From NCBI GenBank assembly GCA_965203515.1, contig OZ241907.1, positions 2,240,001-2,304,000 on the forward strand: DNA of 64,000 bases. The letters are read 5' to 3'. Within the stretch, counting starts at the first letter, position 1, and the number at the start of each line of letters is the position of its first letter. This document shows positions 18,495 to 28,789 of this stretch, one piece after another. The notes under the pieces are model-generated. The model was not told the origin of the DNA. It searched no databases and saw only the letters and a program-made list of their open reading frames with translations. Source of the stretch: Spirochaetia bacterium. Its GTDB lineage: Bacteria; Spirochaetota; Spirochaetia; SZUA-6; Bin103. The translations under genes were made by a program, and so were the position numbers.

Positions 18495-20669
18495 CTAACC
18501 CTTCGGCCCCAGCATGTGATAGCGGCCGGCCGCCCAGTCCTCGACCCCCTGCCGGTAGTACTTGGAGGACGGACGGCCGCTGGCGCCGCCGGGCATCGAC
18601 GTGTAGGCGATCTCGTCGGCGAACTCCACGATCAGCCGGTAGGACGGGCCGTTCGCCTTGTCGCGGCGGCCGAAGCGGTTGCCCTGCTGCACGGTCGACT
18701 CGTCGCCGCGCGCCTGAAACGGCCCGGCGCGCAGCAGGCGCCCGACCGGCGTGGCGCCCAGCAGCACGTGATTCATGACGATCGGATCCGAGCCCCACGG
18801 CGGCTGATCCGCCCCCACCCAATCGAGGACGCGGGGCACGACCGCGTCCCAGTCGATCGCGTCGAACGGCGGCCGGGCGTCGATCCACGCCTCCTCGATG
18901 AGCCGGAAATTGTTGCTGAAGAACGGACTGTCGTCGGCGGCAGCCAGCGTCCCGGGCGGGAACAACACGCCCCGGCAGGTCGTCATCAGCAACCCGTGGC
19001 AGAACATCGAAAAGGACGTCGCCTCGCGGCTGTCGGACTCCATGCGGCAGTCCCAGGACAGCAGGCGCCGCCCGAGCGGATGGAGCCGCAGCCGATCGTG
19101 CAGGAACCGCAGCATCCGCTCCGCGCGCAGCGAATGGACGTCGGCCTGAATCCGCATCATGTCGCGCTCGGTCAACGGTCCGCCCGCCTGCCGGTGACCG
19201 GCCTGGAGCAGCTCCGCGATGCGGTCGGCGCGGTCGGCGGCGACCGCCATGGTCTGCGGCGACGCATCGCCGCCGAACCGTTGATTGGCCACCACGACGA
19301 GACCGGACGCCGGATCGCGCTCGACCGGAAAGCGTCCGGCGTCGCGCAGCCCGTCCCAACCGGCGTCGGCGCGCCACGCCGGTATCGGCAGCAGGCCGCT
19401 CAAGCCGGCGCGCCGTTCCGGGACCGCCGCGTTCATGCCCCGGCCGATGCGGCCGCGCCGGTCGCACAGCACCCAGTGCAGGCCCGGCAGACGGATCGAC
19501 TCGACCGCCGCCAGCCCCTCGTCCAGATCCCGGGCCGCGTTGAGCGCCAGAAAACCGGCGATGCTGCTGCCGGCGACCGCTGCGGTTCCGGCCCAGCGGC
19601 GGGTGAGATAGCGCCCGTCGGCGTGCGGGTTGCCGGTCAGGCAGCCGTTCTCGGTCTCGTAGAACGCGGCGGGCACGGAGTTTCCGGACCGAGTGCGTAT
19701 CTCCTCCTGCCGCACCGAGAGCGGGCGCCAGCGGCCGTCGCGCAGATAGCGCCCATCGCGGCACTCCTCCACGAACAGGTCCTCGCAGTCGGCGGTGGCA
19801 TAGGTGACCCCCCACGCCAGGTCACGATTCCACCCGGACGCGAACGCCGGCCCGCCCGCCACGGTGGCGCCCACCACCCAGAGCTCCGGCGTCTCCAGCA
19901 CCGCTTCGTACCACACGGCCGGCAGGCAGGTGATGTCCTGATGCGGGTCGTTGCAGAGCATCGGCCGGCCGGACCGGGTCCGGTTGCCCGCCACCGCCCA
20001 GGCGTTGCTGCCGCCCGGCGCCGGCGGCTGCCGCGTGCGCGGCGCGCCCGGTTGCGCCCCGGCTGCGTCCACCGTCAGCCCGCGGTAGTCCTCCTGCCGA
20101 TAGCCGTCGGCCAGGGAGGCGAACAACTGGCTCCAGGCGGGGAACGTCCCCGGATCGGCCGCCAGCGCCCGCGCGATCGCCAGCTCCATGTCCCCCTGCG
20201 CGTCGTCGAGTCCCAGGTAGGCGATCGCCCGCATGCTGCTGAGAACGTGCTCCGGGGTGAACGGTTCGACGCGGTTGCCGGTGAGCCGCAGCTCGAACGG
20301 CCGGTGACCCCGTTCGATGACGTCGTTGACGCCCGCGCAGTACGAGCGCATCACCGCCATGCCGCGCTCGCCCAGTCCGTCCACGTCGCCGTCGGGCACG
20401 CGATGCAGGAGGGCCGCCCGCGCGCTCCGGTCGCTGTCGACCAGCGGGGCGGCGTCACCGAACGCCTCGGCCAGCCGTCCTCTGCCGAGCGCTCGGGTGG
20501 CGAACATCTGGAACAGGCGATCGGTGGCGTGCATGAAGCCCAAGCCGTAGTAGCCGTCCAGCGCGGTCTGCGCGCGGATGCGCGGCGTGCCGGTGGTCTC
20601 GCGGGCGATCAGTACGTCCTGCGCGGGGATGCGCAGGCGGCCGAGCCGGCTGCGGGGAATGAGGCGCAC
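18495..20669 (-). CDS. Penicillin acylase (peptidase S45) family Ntn-hydrolase
   Basis: GFMHATDRLFQM, GSNAWAVAG, NDPH, PGGASG; GTG start assumed. Confidence 0.88.
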   Translation of the reverse strand: MRLIPRSRLGRLRIPAQDVLIARETTGTPRIRAQTALDGYYGLGFMHATDRLFQMFATRALGRGRLAEAFGDAAPLVDSDRSARAALLHRVPDGDVDGLGERGMAVMRSYCAGVNDVIERGHRPFELRLTGNRVEPFTPEHVLSSMRAIAYLGLDDAQGDMELAIARALAADPGTFPAWSQLFASLADGYRQEDYRGLTVDAAGAQPGAPRTRQPPAPGGSNAWAVAGNRTRSGRPMLCNDPHQDITCLPAVWYEAVLETPELWVVGATVAGGPAFASGWNRDLAWGVTYATADCEDLFVEECRDGRYLRDGRWRPLSVRQEEIRTRSGNSVPAAFYETENGCLTGNPHADGRYLTRRWAGTAAVAGSSIAGFLALNAARDLDEGLAAVESIRLPGLHWVLCDRRGRIGRGMNAAVPERRAGLSGLLPIPAWRADAGWDGLRDAGRFPVERDPASGLVVVANQRFGGDASPQTMAVAADRADRIAELLQAGHRQAGGPLTERDMMRIQADVHSLRAERMLRFLHDRLRLHPLGRRLLSWDCRMESDSREATSFSMFCHGLLMTTCRGVLFPPGTLAAADDSPFFSNNFRLIEEAWIDARPPFDAIDWDAVVPRVLDWVGADQPPWGSDPIVMNHVLLGATPVGRLLRAGPFQARGDESTVQQGNRFGRRDKANGPSYRLIVEFADEIAYTSMPGGASGRPSSKYYRQGVEDWAAGRYHMLGPKG

Positions 20670-20710
20670 GGGTGCAGATTGGGGGAAACCGCGGCGGCAG
20701 GCAATGCCAG

Positions 20711-20762
20711 CCGGACCTGCCGGCCGGACCTGCCGGCCGGACCTGCCGGCCGGACTTGCCGG
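20711..20762. repeat. 13-bp tandem repeat (CCGGACYTGCCGG) x4
   Basis: Read directly from the intergenic region between divergent genes. Confidence 0.9.
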
Positions 20763-20802
20763 CTGGCCGCGCGCCGGCCATGCGGGTACGATGCCGCCTC
20801 CC

Positions 20803-22119
20803 ATGGCAGGAGTCGCAGCGCCGCGCGTGGCGGTGGAGACGCTCGGCTGCCGCCTCAACGCCTATGAGAGCGACGCGTTGACGGCGGACTTCGTCCAGCG
20901 CGGCTATCGCGTAGTGCCGCCGGGCGAACCGGCCGAGGTGGTGGTGGTCAACAGTTGCACGGTGACCGACCAGGCCGACCGCAAGTCGCGCAACGCCCTG
21001 TACCGCGCCGGACGGTCGGGCGGCCCGCGCCCCCTGGTCGTCGCCACCGGCTGCATGGCGACCGGCCAGCGGGCGGCGGTCGCCGCCGTGCCCGGCGTCG
21101 ACTACGTGGTCGACAACGAGCGCAAGGCCGGCATCGCCGCGCTGGTCGACGCTCACCGCGCCGGCGAGCTCGCCGCCGCCGACGGACGCCCGGCCGGCCC
21201 GTTCGCGTACGGCAACGGCGAGCACGCGGCGCGCGCACGCCGGTTTCTCAAGGTCCAGGACGGCTGCGACAACCGCTGCAGCTTCTGCATCATCCCGTTC
21301 GTGCGCGGCCGCGCCGTGAGCCGGCCGCTCGCGGCGATCCTTGATGAGGCGCGCCGCGTCATCGACGACGGCTTTCACGAGATCGTCGTCACCGGCGTGA
21401 ACCTGGGCCGCTACCGCTGCGACGGCGCCGGCTTCGCCGCCATGCTGGAGGCGCTGCTGTCGCTGCCCGGCGACTTCCGGGTGCGGCTGTCGTCGCTGGA
21501 GCCCGACCGGCAGCTCGCGCCGGCGATCGAGCTGCTGGCCGACGACCGCCTCTGTCCGCACTTGCACCTGTGCCTGCAATCGGGCTCCGACCGGGTGCTG
21601 CTGGCCATGCGCCGGCTCTACGACCTGCGGACATTCGAACGGCTGCTGGAACGCGCGCGGCGCATCCGGCCCGACCTCAACGCCACCACCGACATCCTGG
21701 TGGGGTTCCCGGGCGAGAGCGACCGGGACTTCGAAGACACCTGCCGCGCCGTGCAGCGTCTGGGCTTCACCCACTGCCACACGTTCCGCTACGCCAAGCG
21801 CGACGGCACGCGCGCAGCCCGCATGACGGGGCAGGTCGAGGAGCGCGTCAAGCAGCGCCGAAGCGCCGCGGTGCGCCGGCTGGCCGCCCGGAACCGCGAC
21901 GCCTACGTCCGCCGGCTGACCGGCGCCCGGCAGCGGCTGCTGGTCGAATCGGTCCGGGACGGCACGGCGCGCGGCTACGGCGAATGCTACGTGCCGATCG
22001 AGGCGCCGTGCGGCGATCCCGGCATGACGCGCCGCCTCCTGGACGTGCGCGTCACCGCCCCCCCGCTCCCCGGCAGTGACGCGCTCCGGGGCTCGGCCCT
22101 GGGGAGCGCTGCCGGATAG
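20803..22119 (+). CDS. mtaB: tRNA t6A37 methylthiotransferase (radical SAM)
   Basis: TLGCRLNAYES, NSCTVT, KVQDGCDNRCSFCIIP, CLQSGSD, VGFPGE. Confidence 0.88.
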   Translation: MAGVAAPRVAVETLGCRLNAYESDALTADFVQRGYRVVPPGEPAEVVVVNSCTVTDQADRKSRNALYRAGRSGGPRPLVVATGCMATGQRAAVAAVPGVDYVVDNERKAGIAALVDAHRAGELAAADGRPAGPFAYGNGEHAARARRFLKVQDGCDNRCSFCIIPFVRGRAVSRPLAAILDEARRVIDDGFHEIVVTGVNLGRYRCDGAGFAAMLEALLSLPGDFRVRLSSLEPDRQLAPAIELLADDRLCPHLHLCLQSGSDRVLLAMRRLYDLRTFERLLERARRIRPDLNATTDILVGFPGESDRDFEDTCRAVQRLGFTHCHTFRYAKRDGTRAARMTGQVEERVKQRRSAAVRRLAARNRDAYVRRLTGARQRLLVESVRDGTARGYGECYVPIEAPCGDPGMTRRLLDVRVTAPPLPGSDALRGSALGSAAG

Positions 22120-22130
22120 CCTGAGCTAAG

Positions 22131-22649
22131 CTAAGAACGCCGGCGGCCGAACAGCAGCCGGCCGCCCCACTTGAACAGCACGAACAGCGCGGCGACCAGC
22201 ACGAAGAACCAGACCATGGACGCGCCGAAGAAGAGCCACACGCGCAGGCTGCGCAGTACGAACGCCGCGGCGAAGGCGACCGCCAGCATCGTCATGAGCC
22301 CCGTCAACCGGTTGAAGCCGGGCACGTCGTCGAAATCGACGTTGCGGCGCATCACGCCCAGGGTCGCCGCCATCGCCACGATCGGCGCCACGTAGATCAT
22401 CACGTTGACGTCGAGCAGATTCTCGCCGGTGAAGAACAGCGCATAGAGCAGGAGCATGACGGCGAACGTGCCCGGCACGCACGCCGCGTAGACCAGCACC
22501 GCGTAGAGGTAGCGCCACGGCGCTCCGCCGCCCCGGCCGCGGCCGTGCAGCGCGCCGATCAGCGCCGTGACGATCACCACCGCGCAGAACCCGATCAACA
22601 TCGGTATGCGCACCGCGTCGGCCGCGGCGATCAGTTCGCGCAGAGTCAC
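22131..22649 (-). CDS. Hypothetical integral membrane protein
   Basis: About 5 hydrophobic segments; host-like codon use. Confidence 0.7.
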   Translation of the reverse strand: MTLRELIAAADAVRIPMLIGFCAVVIVTALIGALHGRGRGGGAPWRYLYAVLVYAACVPGTFAVMLLLYALFFTGENLLDVNVMIYVAPIVAMAATLGVMRRNVDFDDVPGFNRLTGLMTMLAVAFAAAFVLRSLRVWLFFGASMVWFFVLVAALFVLFKWGGRLLFGRRRS

Positions 22650-22695
22650 GGGCGACAGGATACTACGAAGGCCGGCCTCTGCTATGGTGCCGGCG

Positions 22696-23421
22696 ATGGC
22701 GGGGGCGGCGGCGCAGGCTCTGCTCGCCGCCGCCGCGGAGTTGGCCGCGGCCGGCGACGCGGCGTCGTTCGACGCGCCGGTCGCGTGCGTCTACAACCCC
22801 CTGCGATACGCGGGCGCCGCCCACCGGCGCTACGTCGCCGCCTATGCCAAGGAGGGCGTCCGCGCCGTCTTCCTGGGCATGAACCCGGGACCGTTCGGGA
22901 TGGTGCAGACCGGCGTCCCGTTCGGGGACGTGCGCGCGGTGACCGGTTGGCTCGGCATTGCCGGCGGCGTGGAGCCGCCCCCGCGTCAGCACCCCGCGCG
23001 GCCGGTGCTGGGCTTTGCCTGCAGGCGGCGCGAAGTGTCGGGCTCGCGGCTCTGGGGCCTGTTCGCCGAGCGCTTCGGGACGCCGGACCGGTTCTTCGCC
23101 GCGCACTTCGTGCTCAACTACTGTCCGCTCGCCTTCATGGGTGACAGCGGCCGCAACATCACCCCCGACAAGCTGCGCGGGCCGGCGATGCGCGCGCTGC
23201 TCGCCGCCTGCGACCGGCACCTCCGCGCGGCGGTGGCGGCGCTGCGTCCGGGATGGGTGGTCGCCTTGGGCGCGTACGCGGAGCGGCGAGCGCGCAGCGC
23301 CCTGCCGGAAGGGCAGCGCGTGATCCGCCTGCTCCATCCCAGCCCGGCCAGCCCGCGCGCCAACGCCGGCTGGGCCGAGCAGGCGACCGCCGAGCTGACC
23401 GCCGCCCGCATCTGGCAGTGA
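22696..23421 (+). CDS. SMUG1-type uracil-DNA glycosylase (family 3)
   Basis: YNPLRYA, GMNPGPFGMVQTGVPFG, EVSGSRLW, NYCPL, HPSPASP. Confidence 0.92.
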   Translation: MAGAAAQALLAAAAELAAAGDAASFDAPVACVYNPLRYAGAAHRRYVAAYAKEGVRAVFLGMNPGPFGMVQTGVPFGDVRAVTGWLGIAGGVEPPPRQHPARPVLGFACRRREVSGSRLWGLFAERFGTPDRFFAAHFVLNYCPLAFMGDSGRNITPDKLRGPAMRALLAACDRHLRAAVAALRPGWVVALGAYAERRARSALPEGQRVIRLLHPSPASPRANAGWAEQATAELTAARIWQ

Positions 23422-23428
23422 CGGCAGT

Positions 23429-23477
23429 TGGCGGCTGTCATCAGCCTCGCCGTCATCTCGATCGTCGCGATCGTCAT
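23429..23477. repeat. Degenerate inverted copy of the 5' end of the sensor kinase gene (30318-30370)
   Basis: TGGCGGCTG...CGCCGTCATCTCGATCGTCGCGATCG matches the reverse complement of 30318-30370. Confidence 0.8.
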
Positions 23478-24001
23478 TCAAGGTGGTCGCGTAGCTCGCG
23501 CGGCGGTTTCAGTATCTCGCTGGCCAGTATCTCCAGATCATTGCGGCCGCCGGTATCTTCGAAACTCGCTACCAATTCCTCCAGTTTATCGTGGGAGCAG
23601 GTGGCCAGGACCGCTATCACTTCCGGCAGGGCCTCGACGCGAAACCGCATCTTACTGGCGTCCTTCCCTGCTTCCTCCAGATACTGTCTTACATGCCGAA
23701 GTTCCGGGAGAAACTCCCTTCGTTCGTAGGCCAAGGCTATCTGCTCCACCAACGACTTGGCGTCAGGTTCCAGATGTACTTCCTCGATCAGCTCCTTCGC
23801 ACTCTCTCGGCGCCTTGTCTTTCCTCCAGTTGCATTACCGGACCTGCGAGCCTTGCTCCTTCGCTTGTCTCTCAGTGACTGAATTTCGTTCTGAATCGAC
23901 GCAATATCCTCGTCCTCGACGATCGCCAGTGCTTCCATTACATCCTTACGACCGTGCTGATGGAGCAATAATTGCAGCTGCAGGTTCAGCACCTGATTCA
24001 T
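23474..24001 (-). CDS. Hypothetical protein (low GC), coupled to the ParA remnant
   Basis: Open frame; ATG overlaps the TGA of the upstream remnant. Confidence 0.6.
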   Translation of the reverse strand: MNQVLNLQLQLLLHQHGRKDVMEALAIVEDEDIASIQNEIQSLRDKRRSKARRSGNATGGKTRRRESAKELIEEVHLEPDAKSLVEQIALAYERREFLPELRHVRQYLEEAGKDASKMRFRVEALPEVIAVLATCSHDKLEELVASFEDTGGRNDLEILASEILKPPRELRDHLE

Positions 24002-24179
24002 GCGTCGCTGCCTCGAACGCCCACGGCCTTCAGTATCTGATCCTTCAGCATTGAGAAACCCTTCACACCAGCACCCGGAGCCCATCCGACGCCGCGGCAT
24101 GAGCGAGCTGGGATGCTATTGTCGTCTTCCCGACGCCGCCCTTCATGTTGATGAGACTGACCGAAACCGCCACTTCCAT
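23998..24179 (-). pseudogene. Internally deleted ParA/Soj-family ATPase
   Basis: 24179-24063 encodes MEVAVSVSLINMKGGVGKTTIASQLAHAAASDGLRVLV* (deviant Walker A); a short tail in another frame then ends in an ATGA overlap. Confidence 0.8.
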
Positions 24180-24285
24180 CACCTATCTACAGTATGGCAT
24201 GGTGGCGCGGCGCGTCAACGCGAACACAACGTGCGGCTCGAACTTGCCGGGCGCCTGCTTCGGTTGACCGGATGCCGATCGAGAC

Positions 24286-27198
24286 ATGACCCACCGGAAG
24301 AAGCTGATCGAGGTGGCGCTGCCGCTGGACGCCATCAACGCCGCCGCCGCGCGCGAGAAGTCGATCCGTCACGGCCACCCCAGCACCCTGCATCTGTGGT
24401 GGGCGCGGCGCCCGCTGGCGGCCGCGCGCGCCGTGATCTTCGCGCAGATGGTCGACGATCCGGCCAGCCGGCCGGAGCTCTTCCCCACCGAGCAGGAGCA
24501 GGACCGGGAACGGCTGCGGCTGTTCGACCTGATCGAAGCGCTGGTCAAGTGGGAGAACACCACCAACCAGGAGGTGCTGCAGCAGGCGCGCGACGAGATA
24601 CGAGAGTGCTGGCGGCGCGCCTGCGCCGACCACGCCGACCATCCGCGCGCGGCCGAGCTGTTCGACCCGGAGCGCCTGCCGGCGTTTCACGACCCGTTCG
24701 CCGGCGGCGGCGCGCTGCCGCTGGAAGCGCAACGGCTCGGCCTGGAGGCGCACGCCAGCGACCTCAACCCGGTGGCGGTGCTGATCAACAAGGCGATGAT
24801 CGAGCTGCCGCCGAAATTCGCCGGGCGCCCGCCGGTGCACCCGGAGGCGCGGTCGGAAGGGGAGCTGCTAGGCGCGAAGTGGACCGGCGCGCGCGGCCTG
24901 GCGGAGGACGTGCGCCGCTACGGGCGCTGGATGCGGGAGGAGGCGGAGCGGCGCATCGGGCATCTCTATCCCAAAATCGCGGTGACCGACGAGATGGTGC
25001 GGGAGCGTCCCGATCTGAAGCGCTACGCAGGGCGGGAGCTGACGGTGATCGCCTGGCTGTGGGCGCGCACGGTGAGGAGCCCGAACCCGGCGTTCGGGCA
25101 GGCGAAGGCGCCGCTGGTCTCCACCTTCATGCTGTCCACGAAGCAAGGCAAGGAAGCGTACGTCGAGCCGGTGGTCTGCGCGGACGGTTACCGCTACCGC
25201 TTCACGGTCAGGGTCGGCGCGCCGCCGGACGCGGCGGCGGCCAAGGCCGGCACCAAGCTGGCGCGCGGCGCCAACTTCCGCTGCCTGGTGTCGGGCGTGC
25301 CGATCACGCCGGACTACATCAAAGCGGAAGGGATGGCCGGCCGCATGGGAGCGCGGCTGCTGGCGATCGTCGCGGAGGGCGATCGAGGCCGGGTGTATCT
25401 GACGCCGACCGAGGAGCATGAGACCGCGGCATCGCGTGCGCAGCCGGAGTGGAAGCCAGAGGGAAGTGTTCCCGAACGGCTCACTGGCGGCACCTGTTAC
25501 GCTTACGGCCTCACCACGTTCGGCGACCTGTTCACGCCCCGGCAGCTCGCCGCCCTGAACACGTTCTCCGACTTGGTAGCCGAAGCGCGCGAGCGCATCC
25601 GGCAGGACGCCATCGCCGCCGGCCTCCCGACGACGGCCCAATCCCTTCACGCCGGCGGCGCCGGAGCCGCCGGCTACGCCGACGCGGTCGGCATGTATCT
25701 GGCCTTTGCGGTAAGTAAGACCAGCAACCGCGCCAGTACACTCTGCACATTCAAGCTCTCCGTCGAGTGCCCGGGAGATACCTTCGGTCGGCAGGCGCTG
25801 CCCATGTCCTGGGACTTCGCCGAGGCCAACACCGTCACGGGACCCAGCGGCTCCTTCGATAGTATGTTGTTGAACACCGTCGCAGGATTACACGCGAACG
25901 GTTCAACAGAGGGAGCGATCGGCCACGCATATCAGGCGGACGCAGCGGCCCAAGTCGATTGCCACCACCAAGTGATCTCCACCGATCCGCCATACTACGA
26001 CAATATCGGCTACGCCGACCTTTCCGACTTCTTCTACCTCTGGCTGCGGCGTTCACTGCGATCGGTGTTCCCGGACCTGTTCGCCACGATGATGGTCCCG
26101 AAGGCCGAGGAACTGGTCGCCACGCCCTATCGGCACGGCACCAGGGCGCAGGCCGAAGCGTTCTTCATGACCGGCATGACGCAGGCTCTGGAGCAGTTGT
26201 CTCGGCAGGCGCACCCCGGCTTCCCGACGACCATTTATTACGCGTTCAAGCAGGCGGAGCGCCGCGACGACCGCGGCGTCTCCAGCACCGGCTGGGAGAC
26301 GTTTCTGGAAGCCGTGATCGACGCCGGCTTTGCGATCACCGGCACGTGGCCGATGCGCACCGAACGCGGCAATCGGATTATCGGCAGGGGAGCAAACGTG
26401 CTCGCCTCCAGCATCGTGCTGGTCTGCCGGCGGCGGCCGGATGACGCGCCGCTCGGTACCCGCCGGGGGCTCATGGAGGCCATGAAGGCGGAACTGCCGC
26501 CGGCCCTTGCCTACCTGCAGCGCGGCAACGTCGCGCCGGTCGACCTCGCGCAGGCCGCCATCGGACCCGGCATGGCGATCTTCACCCGCTACGCCAAGGT
26601 CCTGCACACCGGCGGCAACCGCGTCACCGTGCGCGAGGCGCTCGCCCTCATCAATCAGACGCTCGACGAGATACTGGCCGCTCAGGAGGGCGACTTCGAC
26701 GCCGACAGCCGCTGGGCGCTGGCGTGGTTCGACCAGCACGGCTTCGAGGCCGGCGACTACGGCAGCGCCGAGACGCTGTCCAAGGCCAAGAACACCAGCG
26801 TGAGCGGCTTGGCGCAGGCCGGCATCCTGCATGCGCAGGCCGGCCGGGTGCGGCTGCTGCGGCCGGACGAGCTGTCGGACGGCTGGGACCCGGCCAAGGA
26901 CGAGCGGCTCACCACCTGGGGGGCGGTGCACCACCTGATCCGGGTCAAGGAGCGGAGCGGGGAAGAGGCGGCGGGCCGGCTGCTGCACCGGCTGGCAGTG
27001 GTTGCCGGCGCGGCGCGCGAGCTCTGCTACCGGCTGTACGCGGTCTGCGAGCGCAAGCAGCGCGCGGCCGAGGCGCTCGACTACAACGGACTGGTGAAGA
27101 GCTGGCCGGAGCTCGCCCGGCTCGCCGTGCGGGAGGCCGGCACCGTGCAGGCCGCGCTGTTCGACGGCGACCGCGCGAATGGAGACCGGCCGCCGTAA
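24286..27198 (+). CDS. DUF1156-domain adenine-specific DNA methyltransferase
   Basis: [31 protein letters not shown] (motif I), [10 protein letters not shown] (motif IV), TWPMRTE. Confidence 0.9.
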   Translation: MTHRKKLIEVALPLDAINAAAAREKSIRHGHPSTLHLWWARRPLAAARAVIFAQMVDDPASRPELFPTEQEQDRERLRLFDLIEALVKWENTTNQEVLQQARDEIRECWRRACADHADHPRAAELFDPERLPAFHDPFAGGGALPLEAQRLGLEAHASDLNPVAVLINKAMIELPPKFAGRPPVHPEARSEGELLGAKWTGARGLAEDVRRYGRWMREEAERRIGHLYPKIAVTDEMVRERPDLKRYAGRELTVIAWLWARTVRSPNPAFGQAKAPLVSTFMLSTKQGKEAYVEPVVCADGYRYRFTVRVGAPPDAAAAKAGTKLARGANFRCLVSGVPITPDYIKAEGMAGRMGARLLAIVAEGDRGRVYLTPTEEHETAASRAQPEWKPEGSVPERLTGGTCYAYGLTTFGDLFTPRQLAALNTFSDLVAEARERIRQDAIAAGLPTTAQSLHAGGAGAAGYADAVGMYLAFAVSKTSNRASTLCTFKLSVECPGDTFGRQALPMSWDFAEANTVTGPSGSFDSMLLNTVAGLHANGSTEGAIGHAYQADAAAQVDCHHQVISTDPPYYDNIGYADLSDFFYLWLRRSLRSVFPDLFATMMVPKAEELVATPYRHGTRAQAEAFFMTGMTQALEQLSRQAHPGFPTTIYYAFKQAERRDDRGVSSTGWETFLEAVIDAGFAITGTWPMRTERGNRIIGRGANVLASSIVLVCRRRPDDAPLGTRRGLMEAMKAELPPALAYLQRGNVAPVDLAQAAIGPGMAIFTRYAKVLHTGGNRVTVREALALINQTLDEILAAQEGDFDADSRWALAWFDQHGFEAGDYGSAETLSKAKNTSVSGLAQAGILHAQAGRVRLLRPDELSDGWDPAKDERLTTWGAVHHLIRVKERSGEEAAGRLLHRLAVVAGAARELCYRLYAVCERKQRAAEALDYNGLVKSWPELARLAVREAGTVQAALFDGDRANGDRPP

Positions 27199-27262
27199 TG
27201 AACCGAACCTCCGCCTCGCGCGGGACCGACGGTGGCGGCCACACCGGCGGCCATGACGTCAC

Positions 27263-27617
27263 TCAGCCCAGGAGCCGTCGCAGCCAAGTTACGAACCGAA
27301 CCGCGTCAGGCGCGTTGACGTCCAGGTCTCCTGCCCCGATTGCCGAACCCATCTGCCGCGGTTCCGCCCGAACGGCGAGCCAAGAGTGCATCTTGGCCCT
27401 GAGCGTCTTTCCCGCCTTGAACTTGCGATCGATATCAGGAATGCCTTCGACGTACGCCTTGGACAACGGCCACACGGTGTCGTTCTTCGGGACCATCTCG
27501 GCAATGAAGTCTTCCAGTTCACCGGGCGTCCGTTCTGCACAGGTGCGCGACGACGTGCTTATCGTCGGGACCTTCCACGAGCAGCATACGCGGCGGCGAG
27601 GTGTTCGGAACAGGCAT
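27263..27617 (-). pseudogene. DUF3226-like (TOPRIM-type) gene, internally deleted and frameshifted
   Basis: N-part MPVPNTSPPRMLLVEGPDDKHVVAHLC... stops early; C-part PGELEDFI...KMHSWLA...WLRRLLG* is in another frame; 355 nt total. Confidence 0.7.
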
Positions 27618-27620
27618 CCG

Positions 27621-28685
27621 CTACCTTACTTCAATGCCCTGCTCGGCAGCGGTTTCGAGCGCGTCTTTCGAGTACACGACGGCGCGCAGCTCTTTGTCGT
27701 TTCGATCAAGACGGACCAGCACGCCGTCCCCACGTTCGAAGTCGGCCGCCGCCTCGGCAAAACCTCTTACGCAGTCCCAACTATGTGTCGTCGCAAGCAC
27801 TTGAATGTCGTTGGCGTGCGCCGTACGGAGGATCATGGTCCAGAGATCACGCTGAACGGTGTGATGGATGCCGTTCTCGGCTTCGTCGATGAGCAGAAAC
27901 CCTCCCCTGCTGTTCGCCAGTGCCAACGCAACGCCGAACAGCCGTACCGCACCATCCCCAAGACTCTTCAGCGGTACCGGTCGATCTTGATTCTTCAACC
28001 TGACGATCACACGACGGATGCTCGCTCTGCCACCCTCGCCCACCATCGCGACACCGACCACATCATCTTCCATGACCAGATTGATGGCGTTCAGTACCTG
28101 GGCTTCATCATCGGTCAGTGCCACCTGGTCCCAGACGCGAGACGTGAGACGTTCGTCCGACGTTCCCGGCGCCATGTATTCGCAAGCCAGTGCCGATGGC
28201 GGCTCATCCCCGTTGTCCAACGGATCATCGAACAACGAACGCTGGTACGGACGTTCGCTCGGCATGAGGCGTAATATGCGATGACTACTTCCATATACCA
28301 CCTTGAGAGCCTTGATGACCGCATGGCCGTGATCATCATCAAAACGGATTTCGAGCTGCTCTGCCGCGTTTTCGGGACCAATGAGAATCGGCGCCGATTC
28401 GCTCGGAATTCGGCCGTGGAACAGCGCCCCCCAATCGAGATCGCTCGCGCGGTCGCCGTCGTCATCGATCATATCGTTGAGCTCTTGCCGATCGCGCAGG
28501 AGCTGGTACAGCACGGAGCGTCGAGCCCGAGCCGCATAGACGCGCACGGCGTCCAGAACCGTTGTCTTACCGACGCTGTTCTTGCCCGCCAACAGCGTCA
28601 CTCGGCCCAGCCGAGGGATCACCAGCTCGGTGATACCGCGGAATCCCCTTATCGAGAGATGCGGAAGAAACAGGTCGCTTGGCAT
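27621..28685 (-). CDS. AAA_15/AAA_21 (ABC-type) ATPase
   Basis: IRGFRGI, GKNSVGKTT, SLGDG, LLIDEAENGIH, ATTHS. Confidence 0.88.
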   Translation of the reverse strand: MPSDLFLPHLSIRGFRGITELVIPRLGRVTLLAGKNSVGKTTVLDAVRVYAARARRSVLYQLLRDRQELNDMIDDDGDRASDLDWGALFHGRIPSESAPILIGPENAAEQLEIRFDDDHGHAVIKALKVVYGSSHRILRLMPSERPYQRSLFDDPLDNGDEPPSALACEYMAPGTSDERLTSRVWDQVALTDDEAQVLNAINLVMEDDVVGVAMVGEGGRASIRRVIVRLKNQDRPVPLKSLGDGAVRLFGVALALANSRGGFLLIDEAENGIHHTVQRDLWTMILRTAHANDIQVLATTHSWDCVRGFAEAAADFERGDGVLVRLDRNDKELRAVVYSKDALETAAEQGIEVR

Positions 28686-28789
28686 GTACTCAACCCTCGG
28701 CGCCACGGGCAATCCGATGTTTGCAGCAATAGTAGCGCACAGACGGCGTTCGCAGGGCGCAGCGCGCCGGCGAGGGCAGCGGGCCGCGC

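Noticed and set aside
20711..20762. CRISPR array
   Set aside because: Contiguous short units without spacers; no cas genes in the window
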